From contig NZ_MOMB01000001.1 in assembly GCF_002752165.1 (NCBI RefSeq), forward strand, positions 66,022 to 98,021: a stretch of DNA of 32,000 nt. Direction: 5' to 3'. This DNA is from Erwinia sp. OLFS4 (GTDB taxonomy: Bacteria > Pseudomonadota > Gammaproteobacteria > Enterobacterales > Enterobacteriaceae). Under the pieces are notes generated by a model. The model was not told the origin of the DNA, did no database searches, and saw only the letters and a program-made list of their open reading frames with translations. Shown here piece by piece: positions 31,140-32,000 of the stretch (its first letter is position 1; each line of letters starts with the position of its first letter). A program made the position numbers and the translations under genes.

Positions 31140-31898
31140 ATGTTTGCATTTTTTTCTGCAAATTATACAGCGACTAATACACTGCGGAATTATATCGAGA
31201 GAAAACTTCAGCGATATGATTCACTGGAGTATGCCTATATTGTGGTAAACAAGAAAAATCCTGCAGACGCTCTTATTATCTCCAATTATCCGGATAAGTG
31301 GGTCCAGTTATATCGGGATAATAATTTTCAGCTCACCGACCCGGTTATTCTTTTCGCTTTTAAAAGAACTTCGCCTTTTGCGTGGGACGAAAATATTACA
31401 TTATTGTCGGATATGCAGTTTAACAAAGTATTCACGCTTTCCCGGCAGTATAATATTGTTAATGGTTTTACATTTGTATTACATGATCACATGAATAATC
31501 TGGCGTTACTTTCGTTCATTATCAGAGCGGCACACCGCCAGGAGCTGGAACAGCATCTTGCTACTGAACAGGCCGAATTGCAGATGCAGCTGATTAATTT
31601 TAATGAGCAGATGTACCGACTAACTGGCTCTATTGCACAGAAGGAACAGGTACAAATTGCCGGCGAGAGCAATGCCATTTTTACCCTGAGGGAAAATGAA
31701 GTGCTTTACTGGGTGAGCATGGGGAAAACCTATGCGGAAACGGCTATTATTAGCGGCATATCGCTCAGCACAGTGAAATTTCACGTTAAAAATATTGTTG
31801 CTAAACTTGGTGTCAGTAACGTCCGGCAGGCAATTCGTCTCGGCGTTGAGCTTGATCTGATCAGACCGGCGCCCTCTGCAACAAGAACCAGGTTGTAA
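31140..31898 (+). CDS. esaR: LuxR-family N-acyl-homoserine-lactone receptor/transcription regulator, EsaR/ExpR type
   Basis: 252 aa with long colinear identity to my recollection of Pantoea stewartii EsaR (NNFQLTDPVIL.AFKRTSPFAWDENITL.SD, QYNIVNGFT.VLHDHMNNLALLS, FNEQMYRL, RENEVLYW.SMGKTYAE.A.I.GIS.STVKFH.KN.V.KLGVSN.RQAIRLGVELDLIRPA). Orthologues are named expR or eamR in other Erwiniaceae and Pectobacteriaceae. GGAG RBS at 31131-31134. Confidence 0.88.
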   Translation: MFAFFSANYTATNTLRNYIERKLQRYDSLEYAYIVVNKKNPADALIISNYPDKWVQLYRDNNFQLTDPVILFAFKRTSPFAWDENITLLSDMQFNKVFTLSRQYNIVNGFTFVLHDHMNNLALLSFIIRAAHRQELEQHLATEQAELQMQLINFNEQMYRLTGSIAQKEQVQIAGESNAIFTLRENEVLYWVSMGKTYAETAIISGISLSTVKFHVKNIVAKLGVSNVRQAIRLGVELDLIRPAPSATRTRL

Positions 31899-31918
31899 AC
31901 AACGATCTCCGTTAACGG

Positions 31919-32000
31919 TTAATCGTCAGGGTTAGCTGTGTCTCTGTTTCTGAAGTCACCGCCTGTGGCGCAACGACCTATGCAGAAACCCACCGATAAA
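31919..32000 (-). CDS. 3' end of a convergent ORF running off the window; possibly the cognate AHL synthase (esaI/expI-like)
   Basis: A minus-strand frame is open from the window edge to TAA (complement of 31919-31921): ...LSVGFCIGRCATGGDFRNRDTANPDD*. The convergent luxI/luxR arrangement is typical of esaI/esaR and expI/expR loci. Only 26 codons are visible and similarity to EsaI is weak. Confidence 0.25.
   Translation of the reverse strand, partial: LSVGFCIGRCATGGDFRNRDTANPDD

Overview
This is a chromosomal segment from an Enterobacterales genome. Gene order and an EsaR/ExpR-like regulator suggest Erwiniaceae such as Pantoea or Erwinia, but that is inference and was not searched. Positions 1 to about 19.1 kb are ordinary core genome, syntenic with the E. 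coli secA-lpdA region: secA (3' part), mutT, yacG-zapD-coaE (minus strand), guaC, hofC-hofB-ppdD (minus strand), nadC, ampD-ampE, aroP, and pdhR-aceE-aceF-lpdA. The one anomaly there is an in-frame ochre codon in ppdD. Positions 19.3 to 30.7 kb hold a complete, apparently intact type I-E CRISPR-Cas locus: cas3, cse1/cas8e, cse2, cas7, cas5, cas6e, cas1, cas2 and an 84-nt leader. Its array has 47 repeats and 46 spacers on a strict 61-nt period, with three degenerate repeats at the leader-distal end. Next come a 445-bp non-coding region and an EsaR/ExpR-type LuxR-family AHL quorum-sensing regulator. A short open frame then runs off the window edge and may be the convergent AHL synthase. I did not find a convincing wholly undescribed system. 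The most interesting signals are inside and around the CRISPR locus. (1) The two newest spacers come from the same protospacer with a 1-nt register shift, and the repeat-terminal base changes with it. (2) Two further repeats have non-G terminal bases. (3) Two spacers derive from overlapping protospacers. (4) A diverged direct repeat of about 65-70 nt flanks the whole cas-CRISPR island. (5) An orphan minus-strand terminator between the array and esaR may mark a divergent small RNA. The many minus-strand ORFs across 27.8-30.7 kb are translation artefacts of the CRISPR repeats. The ORF track also uses TTG starts and longest-ORF extensions, so several starts were re-placed by homology and RBS position.
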